Shown: positions 10,509 through 20,600, numbered from the stretch's first letter. The stretch: DNA of 32,000 nt from Coprobacillaceae bacterium (GCA_963675915.1 OY780959.1:2340001-2372000); one strand, 5' to 3'. The notes: generated by a model not told the origin, from the letters alone. Program-made: numbers and translations.

Positions 10509-11561
10509 ATGAAAAAAGTTATTGCGATGCTTGTTTTGGTAATGGTTTTGTCAGGGTGCAGTTTTTTTGACAGAGATCCGGTTTACGATGACGCTTTTAG
10601 CAGCGATTCGGGGATGCATTTGTATTACAGTCAGTTGACAGCTATCCAACAGCAGGACTACGAAAGTATCTATAATTGTCTAAGGGCCTATGGCGACAAA
10701 GTCAGGATCAATGCTTCTAGTGTTGAAGAACTGGGAAAAATTGCGGATGCGGTTATTTTTGATAATCCGGAAATTTTCTATATGGCCAATTGCATGTTGT
10801 CGCAAAACGGGAACAACTATTACTTTGTCCCTCAGTATCTATTTGATGTTGATGAGATTGAAAGTTATAGCCAACAACTTAATAATTTGGCATCAATAAT
10901 CACCAGCCAGCTAACATCGATGGATGAATATGACCAGATGGTTTACCTGTTTGAATATGTTGTCAACAATAATGATTATGTGGCTAATTCATCATACAAT
11001 CAGACAGTAATCTCTTCGATGATTTACAAAGAGACAGTGTGTGCGGGATACGCGATGATGTACCAATACCTTTGTGACTATTTGGGAATCAATGCCGGCT
11101 CGATGGTGGGTATGTCTAAAGAAGTCGAAGGTCGGGACAGTGAATATCACCAGTGGAATGTGGTCGAGTATCAGGGGGATTTTTATTACATCGATGCAAC
11201 CTGGGGAGATCAGGAAGAGGGAATCGCCTATGGATATTGCATGTTTGACAGTGAAACCATGACTGATTTGTACACGCCGAATATCAATTATCCTTATACA
11301 TCCGATCAATCAAATACGTACTTCCAGAAAAACAATCTCTATCTTGATTACTATTCGCTATCTCAGATTGAAAACATCATCCGGAATGACAATGATAATG
11401 ACTTTGAAGTTCAATTCAGTGAAAGAGCCTACAGTGTTGCCAAAACCAAACTCATAACCAGTCAGGAAATCTTCAGAGCATTGGAAAACACGGGCCATCT
11501 AACTAGAAATGTTCTGTATGTCTTCAATGACACCACCCATACTGCTTATTTTGAATATTGA
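10509..11561 (+). CDS. Lipoprotein with a transglutaminase-like cysteine-protease core
   Basis: Signal peptide with lipobox LSG|C. Cys-His-Asp pattern: CAGYAMMYQYLCDYLGI ... YHQWNVVEY ... YYIDATWGD. Confidence 0.75.
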   Translation: MKKVIAMLVLVMVLSGCSFFDRDPVYDDAFSSDSGMHLYYSQLTAIQQQDYESIYNCLRAYGDKVRINASSVEELGKIADAVIFDNPEIFYMANCMLSQNGNNYYFVPQYLFDVDEIESYSQQLNNLASIITSQLTSMDEYDQMVYLFEYVVNNNDYVANSSYNQTVISSMIYKETVCAGYAMMYQYLCDYLGINAGSMVGMSKEVEGRDSEYHQWNVVEYQGDFYYIDATWGDQEEGIAYGYCMFDSETMTDLYTPNINYPYTSDQSNTYFQKNNLYLDYYSLSQIENIIRNDNDNDFEVQFSERAYSVAKTKLITSQEIFRALENTGHLTRNVLYVFNDTTHTAYFEY

Positions 11562-11580
11562 TAATCAATGATTTTTTCCA

Positions 11581-11606
11581 AGGTCCTCTAGCAAAGGACC
11601 TTTTTT
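11581..11606 (+). terminator. Rho-independent terminator after the lipoprotein gene
   Basis: AGGTCCT / AGGACCT stem with a 7-nt loop, followed by TTTTT. Confidence 0.8.
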
Positions 11607-11658
11607 AGCTTCGTGAAACTGGCAAACCGCAATGCAGGGTGGCTATCAGGTTGAACTG

Positions 11659-11667
11659 TGGTATAAT
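11659..11667 (+). promoter_or_regulatory. Extended -10 element (TGgTATAAT) upstream of the TetR gene
   Basis: TG-N-TATAAT lies 29 nt upstream of the TetR start. Confidence 0.5.
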
Positions 11668-11695
11668 ATGAAAAAGCTGGATTAAGGGGATTACG

Positions 11696-12364
11696 ATGAA
11701 AGAAAAAGCAAATGAACAGAAGAATCTGATTCTAAAACAAAGTTATAAGTTAATAAAAGAAAAAGGCTATGGCCAAACGACAACTCGGGATATTGCTGAG
11801 GCCTGTGGGATGAAACGGGGACTGCTTCATTATTATTATCCTAAAAAGCAGGATATTTTGTTTGATATTTATTCTGATTTTTTGTCAGTTCTGTCCGGAT
11901 ATGTCAAAAGAACAAAACCGGGTCAGGATCCTGAATCCACCATAATGATGATTGACAAAATCTATTATGAATATATATTTTATGATCGGGATATGTTGAA
12001 CATCCTTGTCCATATTCTTCAAAATCGGGAACTTACCAAAATCAAGGTTGATAAGACAATCCAAATTTTTGAAAAAATATATTTGGATTGTGAAGAGGAA
12101 CTTGATCGAGAACAATTGTTTATTGCCATGGCGGCTGCCATTGGTGCTGAAGTTGAACTGCTGCTGAACATTTTTGAGGGCCGGCTGACAATGGACGTCG
12201 ATCAACTGATGACTTCAGTAGTAAAAATTGTCTTTATGCTCCGGGGAATTCCGATTGAGGAAGTAGACCGGATTCTAGTTCAAATTCAAAGAGATTTTGA
12301 CTTGGAGATGTTGGGGGATATCGAAAACTGCCTCCGGGATAATTGTGGCTGGTATCATGATTAA
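11696..12364 (+). CDS. TetR/AcrR-family transcriptional regulator
   Basis: N-terminal HTH: GYGQTTTRDIAEACGMKRGLLHYYYPKKQDIL. About 220 aa, helical C-terminal domain. Confidence 0.88.
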   Translation: MKEKANEQKNLILKQSYKLIKEKGYGQTTTRDIAEACGMKRGLLHYYYPKKQDILFDIYSDFLSVLSGYVKRTKPGQDPESTIMMIDKIYYEYIFYDRDMLNILVHILQNRELTKIKVDKTIQIFEKIYLDCEEELDREQLFIAMAAAIGAEVELLLNIFEGRLTMDVDQLMTSVVKIVFMLRGIPIEEVDRILVQIQRDFDLEMLGDIENCLRDNCGWYHD

Positions 12365-12507
12365 TAAGGCGCGTTTTTGACGGTGAAGTTGAAGATGCGC
12401 TTTTTCTTATCCTGAAAATTGGGCAAGCCCAAAAAACTTGACAAAAAATTAACAAGGGCGTACGATTGTTTTATGAGGTTGTGCACGCCCAATAAAAGGA
12501 GAAGATT

Positions 12508-14442
12508 ATGGAGTTTGAAAGAATTTTGTCGCCAATCAAAATTGGCACTATGGAATTGAATAACCGATTTGTAGTTCCCCCAATGGGAACAAATTTCGGG
12601 ACATATGAAGGTTACGTCACTCAACAGATGATCGACTACTACACTGCCAGAGCCAAAGGTGGTTTTGGTCTTATTATCCTCGAGGTAACTGCTGTAAACA
12701 AAAAAGGTAAGGCTATTTTAAACGAGTTGGGACTATGGGAAGATGAACAGATTGAGGGAATGAAAAAGCTGGTCGACAGTATTCACGAAGCCGGTGGTAA
12801 GGTGGTGGTTCAGTTACACCATGCCGGTCGTCAAACAGTTCCGGATTTGATTTGGGGGGAACAACCAGTAGCGCCATCTAAAGTTGCCTGTCCGGTAATG
12901 AACTGTACCCCTCAGGCGCTGAGCAATCAGGAGGTATGGGACACCATCGAAGAATTCGGAGATGCGGCCCTAAGAGCTAAACAAGCTGGTTTTGACGGGG
13001 TTGAAATCCATGGGGGACACGGTTATCTGGTGGCTCAGTTCATGTCAACTCATTCAAACAAGCGTTTCGATGAATTTGGTGCTGATTTTGAAGGGCGAAT
13101 GAAATTCCCGGTTGAGATTTTCAAGAATGTCCGAAAAAAATGTGGTGAAGATTATCCAATGCTGTTTAGATACAGCTATGATGAGAAAGTCAACGGGGGA
13201 AGAACCCTTGAAGAATCGACAGCTATTGCCCGGGTTGCCGAGGCAAACGGGGTTAATGCGTTGGATATCACCATTATGACTTATGCAAGTATGCCATATA
13301 TGACTGCTTCTGCGGCTATGCCAGCCGGATTCAATCAGTATCCGACTCAGCAGATCAAAAATTCAGTAGCGATTCCGGTAATCACAGTCGGGCGTTTCAA
13401 TAACATGTATGTTGCTGAAGATGTCCTCAAGAACGAGCGAGCTGACCTGGTGGCATTTGGCCGGGAATCAATTGGTGATCCGGAAATTCCAAATAAAGTC
13501 AAAGAGGGAAGGATCAATGAAATTTCACCTTGTATCGCTTGTTTGCAATCATGTCTCTCAAGACTTACCGATCCGAACTATTTCAAAATTTCTTGTCTGG
13601 TCAATCCGCTGACCGGTCACGAAGGGGAATATGACTTGTCAGTTACCCCTAAAAAGAAAAAAGTCTTGGTAGCTGGAAGCGGTCCTGCGGGATTGGAAGC
13701 GGCTTGGGTTGCCGCTAAACGGGGTCATGATGTTGTTGTTTATGAAAAAGAGGAAGACTTCGGCGGACAATTCCGGCTGGCGGCAATTCCTCCGACAAAA
13801 CATGAACTGTTGACAATGCTCAAATACTACATGACCATGGGGAAAAAGCATGGGGTCAAATACAATAACAATACAGCAGTGACCAAATCCCTGGTGGAAA
13901 CCGAAAAACCTGATGTAGTCATCCTGGCAACTGGGGGACAGCCGATGATTCCACCAATTCCAGGAATTGACGGGGATAATGTCGTTACGGCAATCGATGT
14001 TCTTGACGGAAAAGCAGTTACTGGTCAAAAAGTACTGGTTATCGGTGGCGGAATGGTCGGGGTGGAGACTGCCGATTTCTTGGGTGAACACGGCCGTGAA
14101 GTTACTATCATGGAAATGCGCAATCAAATTGCAATCGATGTCGAACCGGCTGTTGGATTCTGGTTGATGCAACGTCTCGAGCAATGGAAAATCAATAATA
14201 TTTGCAACGCCAAAGTTGAGGAATTTACGGCTGATGGAGTAAAATATAGCCAAGGCGATAGCTCAATGGAACTGGCTGGTTTTGATACCATTGTTCTGGC
14301 GATGGGGGTTAAAGCCTACAATCCTTTGGAAGAAGAGTTGCAGGGAGCGGCCAAGGAGTTATATGTAATCGGAGATGCTAAAATGCCTGGTCAAGCCAAC
14401 TTGGCTACCGAAGCCGGTCTGGCAGTCGCTTTGAAAATTTAA
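12508..14442 (+). CDS. Fe-S flavoenzyme of the Old-Yellow-Enzyme / 2,4-dienoyl-CoA reductase / enoate reductase family (OYE TIM barrel plus FAD/NAD(P) domain)
   Basis: Motifs GFDGVEIHGGHGYLVAQFMS..NKR.DEFG and AFGRESIGDPE. Cys cluster CIACLQSC...C. Rossmann motif GSGPAGLEAAWVAAKRGHDVVVYEKEEDFGGQ. AAAGGAG SD. Confidence 0.88.
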   Translation: MEFERILSPIKIGTMELNNRFVVPPMGTNFGTYEGYVTQQMIDYYTARAKGGFGLIILEVTAVNKKGKAILNELGLWEDEQIEGMKKLVDSIHEAGGKVVVQLHHAGRQTVPDLIWGEQPVAPSKVACPVMNCTPQALSNQEVWDTIEEFGDAALRAKQAGFDGVEIHGGHGYLVAQFMSTHSNKRFDEFGADFEGRMKFPVEIFKNVRKKCGEDYPMLFRYSYDEKVNGGRTLEESTAIARVAEANGVNALDITIMTYASMPYMTASAAMPAGFNQYPTQQIKNSVAIPVITVGRFNNMYVAEDVLKNERADLVAFGRESIGDPEIPNKVKEGRINEISPCIACLQSCLSRLTDPNYFKISCLVNPLTGHEGEYDLSVTPKKKKVLVAGSGPAGLEAAWVAAKRGHDVVVYEKEEDFGGQFRLAAIPPTKHELLTMLKYYMTMGKKHGVKYNNNTAVTKSLVETEKPDVVILATGGQPMIPPIPGIDGDNVVTAIDVLDGKAVTGQKVLVIGGGMVGVETADFLGEHGREVTIMEMRNQIAIDVEPAVGFWLMQRLEQWKINNICNAKVEEFTADGVKYSQGDSSMELAGFDTIVLAMGVKAYNPLEEELQGAAKELYVIGDAKMPGQANLATEAGLAVALKI

Positions 14443-14485
14443 ATTGAATAAGATAATAGTTTGAATTTGAATATTACCTAAAATC

Positions 14486-14524
14486 AACAAAAAAAGGAAC
14501 CATTAATCGGTTCCTTTTTTGTTG
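14486..14524. terminator. Bidirectional terminator hairpin
   Basis: CAACAAAAAAAGGAACC-attaatc-GGTTCCTTTTTTGTTG. Confidence 0.85.
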
Positions 14525-14714
14525 ATGATGATAAGCCAAATCAGACTACTGAAGCCGGTTTTTTCAAAGATTTGCATCGGCAAGATAGAATTCATTTTGT
14601 TATCGTGATACAATATGTGTAGTTAGATACATGGATTCGGAGTGTTGGTTCAGGAATCAACCTGTTGAATCATATTTGGAAATTAGAAAATTAATTTTGC
14701 AAGGAGGTGGAATT

Positions 14715-15020
14715 ATGCCTGATTTTGGCAATCCATTTGCGGGTTTGAAAAATGACCGTAAATTGACTGATGAAGAGTTGATCAGAGCGGTCAGATTTAT
14801 GATTTCGGCTGAATATGAAGCTGTCCAAATGTATATGCAATTAGCGGAGTCAACTGACAACAAACTTGCTCAGGAAGTTTTAAAAGACATCGCCGATGAG
14901 GAACGGGTTCATGCAGGAGAGTTTCTCAGATTGCTTCTTCAACTAGATCCCGAGGAAGAAAAATTCTATGCCGAAGGCTCTGAAGAAGTCGAGGAAGAAA
15001 TCAAGAAATTAATGAAATAA
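14715..15020 (+). CDS. Small ferritin-like di-iron protein of the encapsulated-ferritin (EncFtn/Flp) type. No shell gene is adjacent.
   Basis: Track ORF 14631 trimmed to ATG 14715 with AAGGAGGTGG upstream. AEYEAVQMYMQLAE ... DEERVHAGEFLRLL gives an E...ExxH pattern. By recollection the N-terminus (PF.GLK..RKLTDEELIRA.RF) resembles the encapsulin-linked Thermotoga/Pyrococcus ferritin-like proteins. Confidence 0.6.
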   Translation: MPDFGNPFAGLKNDRKLTDEELIRAVRFMISAEYEAVQMYMQLAESTDNKLAQEVLKDIADEERVHAGEFLRLLLQLDPEEEKFYAEGSEEVEEEIKKLMK

Positions 15021-15030
15021 GCACAAAATA

Positions 15031-15075
15031 AAAGTGGCAGTCCCGATCATACATCGGTAACTGCCACTTTTATTG
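15031..15075. terminator. Bidirectional terminator between convergent genes
   Basis: AAAGTGGCAGT ... ACTGCCACTTT stem with an inner CCGAT/ATCGG pairing. An A-run precedes it and TTTTATT follows. Confidence 0.85.
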
Positions 15076-15076
15076 A

Positions 15077-15718
15077 TTAGTCTTGATTTCTCTGTTCGAG
15101 ATAAAGCTTCATTTGTTCATATGAATATAGACAACCGCAGTAATTCTGGCGGTACATGTCATAACTGTCGGCTATCGCACAAGACTTTTGATAGCCATTT
15201 TCTTTTTTGAAATCCGAATAGAGCCATTTGGTTCCCTTTTTCGCCGTCATTGCTCCGATCTGGTTGATCCACTGGCTGTTTTTATGCGGTGAAACACTAA
15301 GCGTGGTCGTATAATATTCAAAACCGTTTAGGGCGGCATACTTGGCTGATTTTTCCAGCCGCAACTGGTAGCACAGATAGCAGCGTTTGCCCCCTTCGCG
15401 AACAGCTCCGTAGGTGCCTAACTGACATAAATATATCTCGGGTTCGTACTTATCCTCGATAACCTTGATGGAACTGTTGTGAGTCTGATTGAATTCTTTG
15501 ATGAAATCGATAAGTTCATCCCTGCGGCGCAGATATTCGCTTTCGGGATAAATATTGGAGTTTGAATAGAAAACGGTGATCTCGAATTTATCATAGAGTG
15601 TCGTGATGATATTGGTAGAACAAGGACCGCAGCAGGCATGAAGCAGCAGGGTCGGTCGTTGTCCTTCGAGTTTTTTAAGTTCTTCCTTGTGCTTTAAATT
15701 ATAATTTACTTTTTCCAT
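15077..15718 (-). CDS. queH: Epoxyqueuosine reductase QueH (DUF208 family)
   Basis: Motifs LLLHACCGPCS and CYLCYQLRLE. The ATG overlaps the queA stop (TAATG). Confidence 0.88.
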   Translation of the reverse strand: MEKVNYNLKHKEELKKLEGQRPTLLLHACCGPCSTNIITTLYDKFEITVFYSNSNIYPESEYLRRRDELIDFIKEFNQTHNSSIKVIEDKYEPEIYLCQLGTYGAVREGGKRCYLCYQLRLEKSAKYAALNGFEYYTTTLSVSPHKNSQWINQIGAMTAKKGTKWLYSDFKKENGYQKSCAIADSYDMYRQNYCGCLYSYEQMKLYLEQRNQD

Positions 15719-16743
15719 TACTGGATGAACATGCTATCGCCAAATGAGAAGAAACGGTAGCTGTTTTCAACTGCATGCTCATAGGCTTTGAAAATTTGTT
15801 CTTTTGAAGCAAAAGCACTGATCAACATCAGTAATGTTGATTTGGGAAGGTGGAAATTGGTTATCAATGAGTCGATAGCCTTGAACTCGTAACCTGGATA
15901 AATGAAGATATCGGTTGATTCGTTGGTCGCCTTGAATTCGCCATATTTGGTAATATTAGACTCCAACACTCTGGTACTGGTTGTCCCGACAGCGATGATT
16001 CTGCGACCGGATGCTTTGGCCGCATTCAGTTTCGCTGCGACAGTCTCATCGATAAAGTAGAATTCGCTGTGCATCTTGTGATCGTTGATGTCATCGACTT
16101 TCACCGGACGGAAGGTACCCAATCCGACATGCAAAGTGACATCAAGGATTTCAATTCCTTTGGCAATCAGTTTCTGGTTAATCTCGTCAGTGAAATGGAG
16201 ACCTGCTGTCGGAGCGGCAGCCGAACCAGGTTCTCTGGCATAGACGGTCTGATAACGGCTTTGATCTTCCAGTTTCTCCTTGATATATGGAGGAAGAGGC
16301 ATGGTACCCAGCTGCTCGAGCACTTCAAGGAATACCCCTTCATAAATCATTTCGAAAACCCGAATACCTTCTTCCTTGATTTCAAGGCAGCGGGCCTTGA
16401 GCGAGCCGTCACCAAAGGTGATAACAGTATCCAGTTTGACGATTCTAGCGTTACCAACCAGACATTCCCAGATGTTCTTGGTCATCTCTTTTAACAAGAG
16501 AACTTCAACATGACCACCGGTTTCCTCTTTCAGGCCAAATAGACGGGCCGGTAAAACCTTGGAATTGTTTCTTACCAGGATATCCCCAGGATTGAGATAG
16601 TCGATAATATCATAGAAATGTTTATCGCTTATTTCTCCGGTTTCCCGGTTCAAAACCAGAAGTTTTGAGGTGTCCCGCTGTTCAACTGGATGCTGGGCAA
16701 TCAGTTCTTCGGGTAGATAAAAGTCAAAATCTGATATTTTCAT
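15718..16743 (-). CDS. queA: S-adenosylmethionine:tRNA ribosyltransferase-isomerase
   Basis: Track ORF trimmed to [19 protein letters not shown] (ATG 16743), which starts 1 nt after the tgt stop. About 341 aa, the typical length. Confidence 0.93.
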   Translation of the reverse strand: MKISDFDFYLPEELIAQHPVEQRDTSKLLVLNRETGEISDKHFYDIIDYLNPGDILVRNNSKVLPARLFGLKEETGGHVEVLLLKEMTKNIWECLVGNARIVKLDTVITFGDGSLKARCLEIKEEGIRVFEMIYEGVFLEVLEQLGTMPLPPYIKEKLEDQSRYQTVYAREPGSAAAPTAGLHFTDEINQKLIAKGIEILDVTLHVGLGTFRPVKVDDINDHKMHSEFYFIDETVAAKLNAAKASGRRIIAVGTTSTRVLESNITKYGEFKATNESTDIFIYPGYEFKAIDSLITNFHLPKSTLLMLISAFASKEQIFKAYEHAVENSYRFFSFGDSMFIQ

Positions 16744-16744
16744 T

Positions 16745-17890
<1,146 letters not shown>

Positions 17891-18081
17891 CTAAGAAACT
17901 TAAACATTATAACCTAATAAAAGTCAAAAAACAAGAAAAAACCTTGATAAAATAATGATAATTTGGAAATCGGATCCAGTACTATCGGATTTGAGATGAT
18001 AAAGCACATTGCGAGTGTTATTTGACTGAAGTAAAAAAATGTGATATACCAGTTAAAAGATAAATAAAGGGGGATATCAAC

Positions 18082-18384
18082 ATGTATGAATCTTATTTTG
18101 ATGGCGGTTTGCTTCAGTTGATTGGGTGGCGAATTCTAGGATCACTGGTTACCATTATGACTTTGGGAATTTGTGCGCCTTGGGCGCTGGTGATGGTCTA
18201 TTCTTGGGAAGCCAGACATACCGTTATTGATGGTAGAAGACTAGTTTTTGAGGGTACGGCATTAGGCCTGTTTGGAAATTGGATCAAGTGGCTCCTGTTG
18301 ACAGTTGTAACTTTTGGTATTTATAGTTTCTGGCTAATTATCGCGGTCAAAAAGTGGAAAACGAGACATACCCATTTCCAATAA
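18082..18384 (+). CDS. Small 2-3 TM membrane protein resembling a single DUF898 (YjgN-like) repeat
   Basis: Internal duplication TLGICAPWA...W..RHT.IDG / TFGIYSFW...W..RHTHF. AAAGGGGG SD. Confidence 0.55.
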   Translation: MYESYFDGGLLQLIGWRILGSLVTIMTLGICAPWALVMVYSWEARHTVIDGRRLVFEGTALGLFGNWIKWLLLTVVTFGIYSFWLIIAVKKWKTRHTHFQ

Positions 18385-18451
18385 ATATAACATCAGGGAT
18401 CGTTTGGGCCAAACATCTTGTTAGAGTAGGAAAATTTACAATGTGTTCCAC

Positions 18452-18479
18452 TTGACACTAAGGTGGTGTTTTGTATAAT
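18452..18479 (+). promoter_or_regulatory. Sigma-A type promoter for the GGDEF gene
   Basis: TTGACA (18452-18457), a 16-nt spacer, then TGtTATAAT (TATAAT at 18474-18479). Confidence 0.65.
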
Positions 18480-18544
18480 TGATGTATGATTAGAGTCGAT
18501 TATGGCAGTTATGTGAAATTGGCCTAAATAGATTAGGAGATGTT

Positions 18545-19633
18545 ATGACAATATATCCGTTAGAAGCTTACTTTGGACCTTTAAGTGCGTTGGCGATCTT
18601 CACCGTTATTGTGTCAAGAAGCGGTCTTTTTAATAAAAAGGTAAGGAACTTATTTCTTTTTGAAATCCTGATTCTGGTTCTTTTGATATTTGGCAGCTGG
18701 ATTGACTATGAACTTAGTCAGGCGACAGGTTCTGATTGGGTTTGGCGGTTGCGGGCTTTCACCACTTTTATTAATTTCGGACTAAGTCCGTTTCCAGCGA
18801 TGATTCTGGTTTTGATCTATCGCATCAATGGTGAAAGTCTGCGGCGTAAACTTTTTTATGTCCCGGCCTTGGCTAATCTGGGACTAAGTGGAATCAGCGT
18901 CTTCAATGGAATTATTTTTTATATCAGCAGTGAAAATATCTACACCCGTGGGGATTTGTTCATCATCCCCTTTGCGGCTTCGATTTTTTATGTGTTTTCC
19001 CTGATGTATTATGCCAGTGGGCCGAAGACCAAGCTAAATAAAATATTAGAGACCCTTTTAGTTGCAATTATCATGCTGGTTATTCTGATTGCCAACGCCA
19101 TTGAGATAGTAGGTGACACCTATTTTCTGGTTTGGGGAGTCACGGCACTTTGTGTTATTCTATATTATCTTTTCCTGGCGATTCAGGTTATTCTATATGA
19201 TCCTTTGACCGGATCGCTGAACCGGGTTGCGTATTCCCGGCATCTTGGCAGAATCGACGGCAGCCGAGATTGTACCATAGCCATGATTGACCTTGACAAC
19301 TTGAAAGCGATTAATGACGTGCTGGGTCATGAATTTGGTGATAAGGCCATCCGGAATATCACCAGGACCATCGATAATGCCAAATTATCGTCAATGCGGC
19401 TTTATCGCTATGGCGGTGATGAATTTGTTTTGATTGGGGATTGTGATTGTTACAAGAAAATGGAAGAAGTGTTGGAAACCGCCCGGTTGACCTGTGGCAA
19501 TATTGAAGGAATCGAGCTGTCGTTTTCTTATGGGATTGCCCAATATAGTGTCGGAGATGATCTTCACAAGGTAATCGCCGAAGCTGATGAGATGATGTAC
19601 AAAAACAAAGCCGGCAATAACCACCGGCGCTAA
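18545..19633 (+). CDS. Membrane-bound diguanylate cyclase (polytopic N-terminal domain plus GGDEF)
   Basis: Motifs LTGSLNR, DLDNLKAINDVLGHEFGD and RYGGDEF. The first ~200 aa are hydrophobic helices. Confidence 0.88.
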   Translation: MTIYPLEAYFGPLSALAIFTVIVSRSGLFNKKVRNLFLFEILILVLLIFGSWIDYELSQATGSDWVWRLRAFTTFINFGLSPFPAMILVLIYRINGESLRRKLFYVPALANLGLSGISVFNGIIFYISSENIYTRGDLFIIPFAASIFYVFSLMYYASGPKTKLNKILETLLVAIIMLVILIANAIEIVGDTYFLVWGVTALCVILYYLFLAIQVILYDPLTGSLNRVAYSRHLGRIDGSRDCTIAMIDLDNLKAINDVLGHEFGDKAIRNITRTIDNAKLSSMRLYRYGGDEFVLIGDCDCYKKMEEVLETARLTCGNIEGIELSFSYGIAQYSVGDDLHKVIAEADEMMYKNKAGNNHRR

Positions 19634-19717
19634 ATAACTACTTAGAATTCCCAAATAAGAAAATAGATTGTAAAGTTCCGCTTATTGGGGTATTATTGCT
19701 CCAAGACAGAGGCATTT

Positions 19718-19806
19718 TATTTGCGTTTACGCAAATAGCAAGACCGAAAGCATCCTAATGAAGTATTGGTCAAATGGTCGATGTACCGTTTTCCAATGCT
19801 TTTTTA
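19718..19806 (+). promoter_or_regulatory. Structured leader: a perfect hairpin plus a terminator-like stem with U-run, ~40 nt before the permease start
   Basis: TATTTGCG-TTTA-CGCAAATA (19718-19737). AAGCAT (19748-53) and ATTGG (19765-69) can pair with CCAATGCTT (19793-19801), which is followed by TTTTT. Confidence 0.35.
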
Positions 19807-19843
19807 TTTCAGGATTGCAATAATGTTTGAAGGGGAGGGTTTT

Positions 19844-20572
19844 ATGGAGTTATTTTTGATGATATGTATTCCAGCGTTTTTTGCGGGAATAGTCCAAGGT
19901 ATCACCGGATTTGGGGCGGGGATAGTAATGATGATGGTTTTCCCATTCATGTTCAACGTAACGCAGGCAGCCGGATTGTCGAGTGCAATCGGGACTTCGC
20001 TTTGTTTTTTAATGGTTCTTCGATATCGTCGCCACGTGGAAATCAAGAGCATCATTGCTCCGGCGATTTTGTTTATGATTGTGAGCAGTTTGACAATTCA
20101 CTATTCAACAATGGTTAACGAATACATGATGCGATTGCTTTTTGGCGTCTTCCTTACTTTCCTGGCTATCTATTTCCTGTTCTTTTCAAATAACAAGGTA
20201 TTGGAAATCAAATTGCCGTTGGCGATTTTGTTTATCCTGCTGTCAGGAATTTTTAGTGGTCTGTTTGGGATTGGAGGACCGTTAATGGTCATTTATTTCC
20301 TGTCGAAACTCGATACCAAGGAAAAATATCTGGGTACGATTCAGACATTTTTCCTGATTATAGCCGGATATAGTACTTTCTTCAGGTTTCAGACTGGGAT
20401 TATCGGTGGGGAACATCTGCCCTTTATCTTCCTGGGGATGATCGGAGTATTGGCAGGAGTCAATATCGCTCATAAAATGGTCGAAAGAATCGATGGAGAA
20501 ACAATCAAAAAACTGACATATTTACTGATTGGCTTTAGCGGAATCTACAATGTTATCCATTGTGTTTTCTAG
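19844..20572 (+). CDS. TauE/SafE-family anion (sulfite/sulfonate-type) permease
   Basis: Track ORF trimmed to ATG 19844 after GGGGAGGG. Polytopic, with GITGFGAGIVMM and GIGGPLMVIYF repeats. An alternative in-frame ATG exists at 19823. Confidence 0.8.
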   Translation: MELFLMICIPAFFAGIVQGITGFGAGIVMMMVFPFMFNVTQAAGLSSAIGTSLCFLMVLRYRRHVEIKSIIAPAILFMIVSSLTIHYSTMVNEYMMRLLFGVFLTFLAIYFLFFSNNKVLEIKLPLAILFILLSGIFSGLFGIGGPLMVIYFLSKLDTKEKYLGTIQTFFLIIAGYSTFFRFQTGIIGGEHLPFIFLGMIGVLAGVNIAHKMVERIDGETIKKLTYLLIGFSGIYNVIHCVF

Positions 20573-20600
20573 GCAAAAATATAATATCTGAAATTATGTG

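Noticed and set aside
13639-14253. A 204-aa antisense ORF inside the ene-reductase gene. Similar antisense ORFs occur at 2127..2516, 4175..4636, 7586..8005, 9844..10317 and 16069..16494.
   Set aside because: All lie entirely within, and opposite to, genes with strong family motifs. None has an SD, and their compositions are odd (His/Phe/Ser-rich). This fits the usual shadow frames of codon-biased genes.
14631-14714. N-terminal extensions in the ORF track. This one, and also 3182, 5603, 16854, 19766, 20725, 21708 and 30201.
   Set aside because: In each case a downstream start has a properly spaced Shine-Dalgarno sequence and matches the expected family N-terminus. The extensions overlap upstream genes or leaders.
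19729-19735. ACGCAAA and ACAGAGGCA strings resembling the conserved junctions of the c-di-GMP-I (GEMM-I) riboswitch, just downstream of a diguanylate cyclase gene.
   Set aside because: The surrounding sequence folds into a simple perfect hairpin, not the two-stem tetraloop/receptor architecture. The resemblance is limited to a few nucleotides. A covariance-model scan would settle it.
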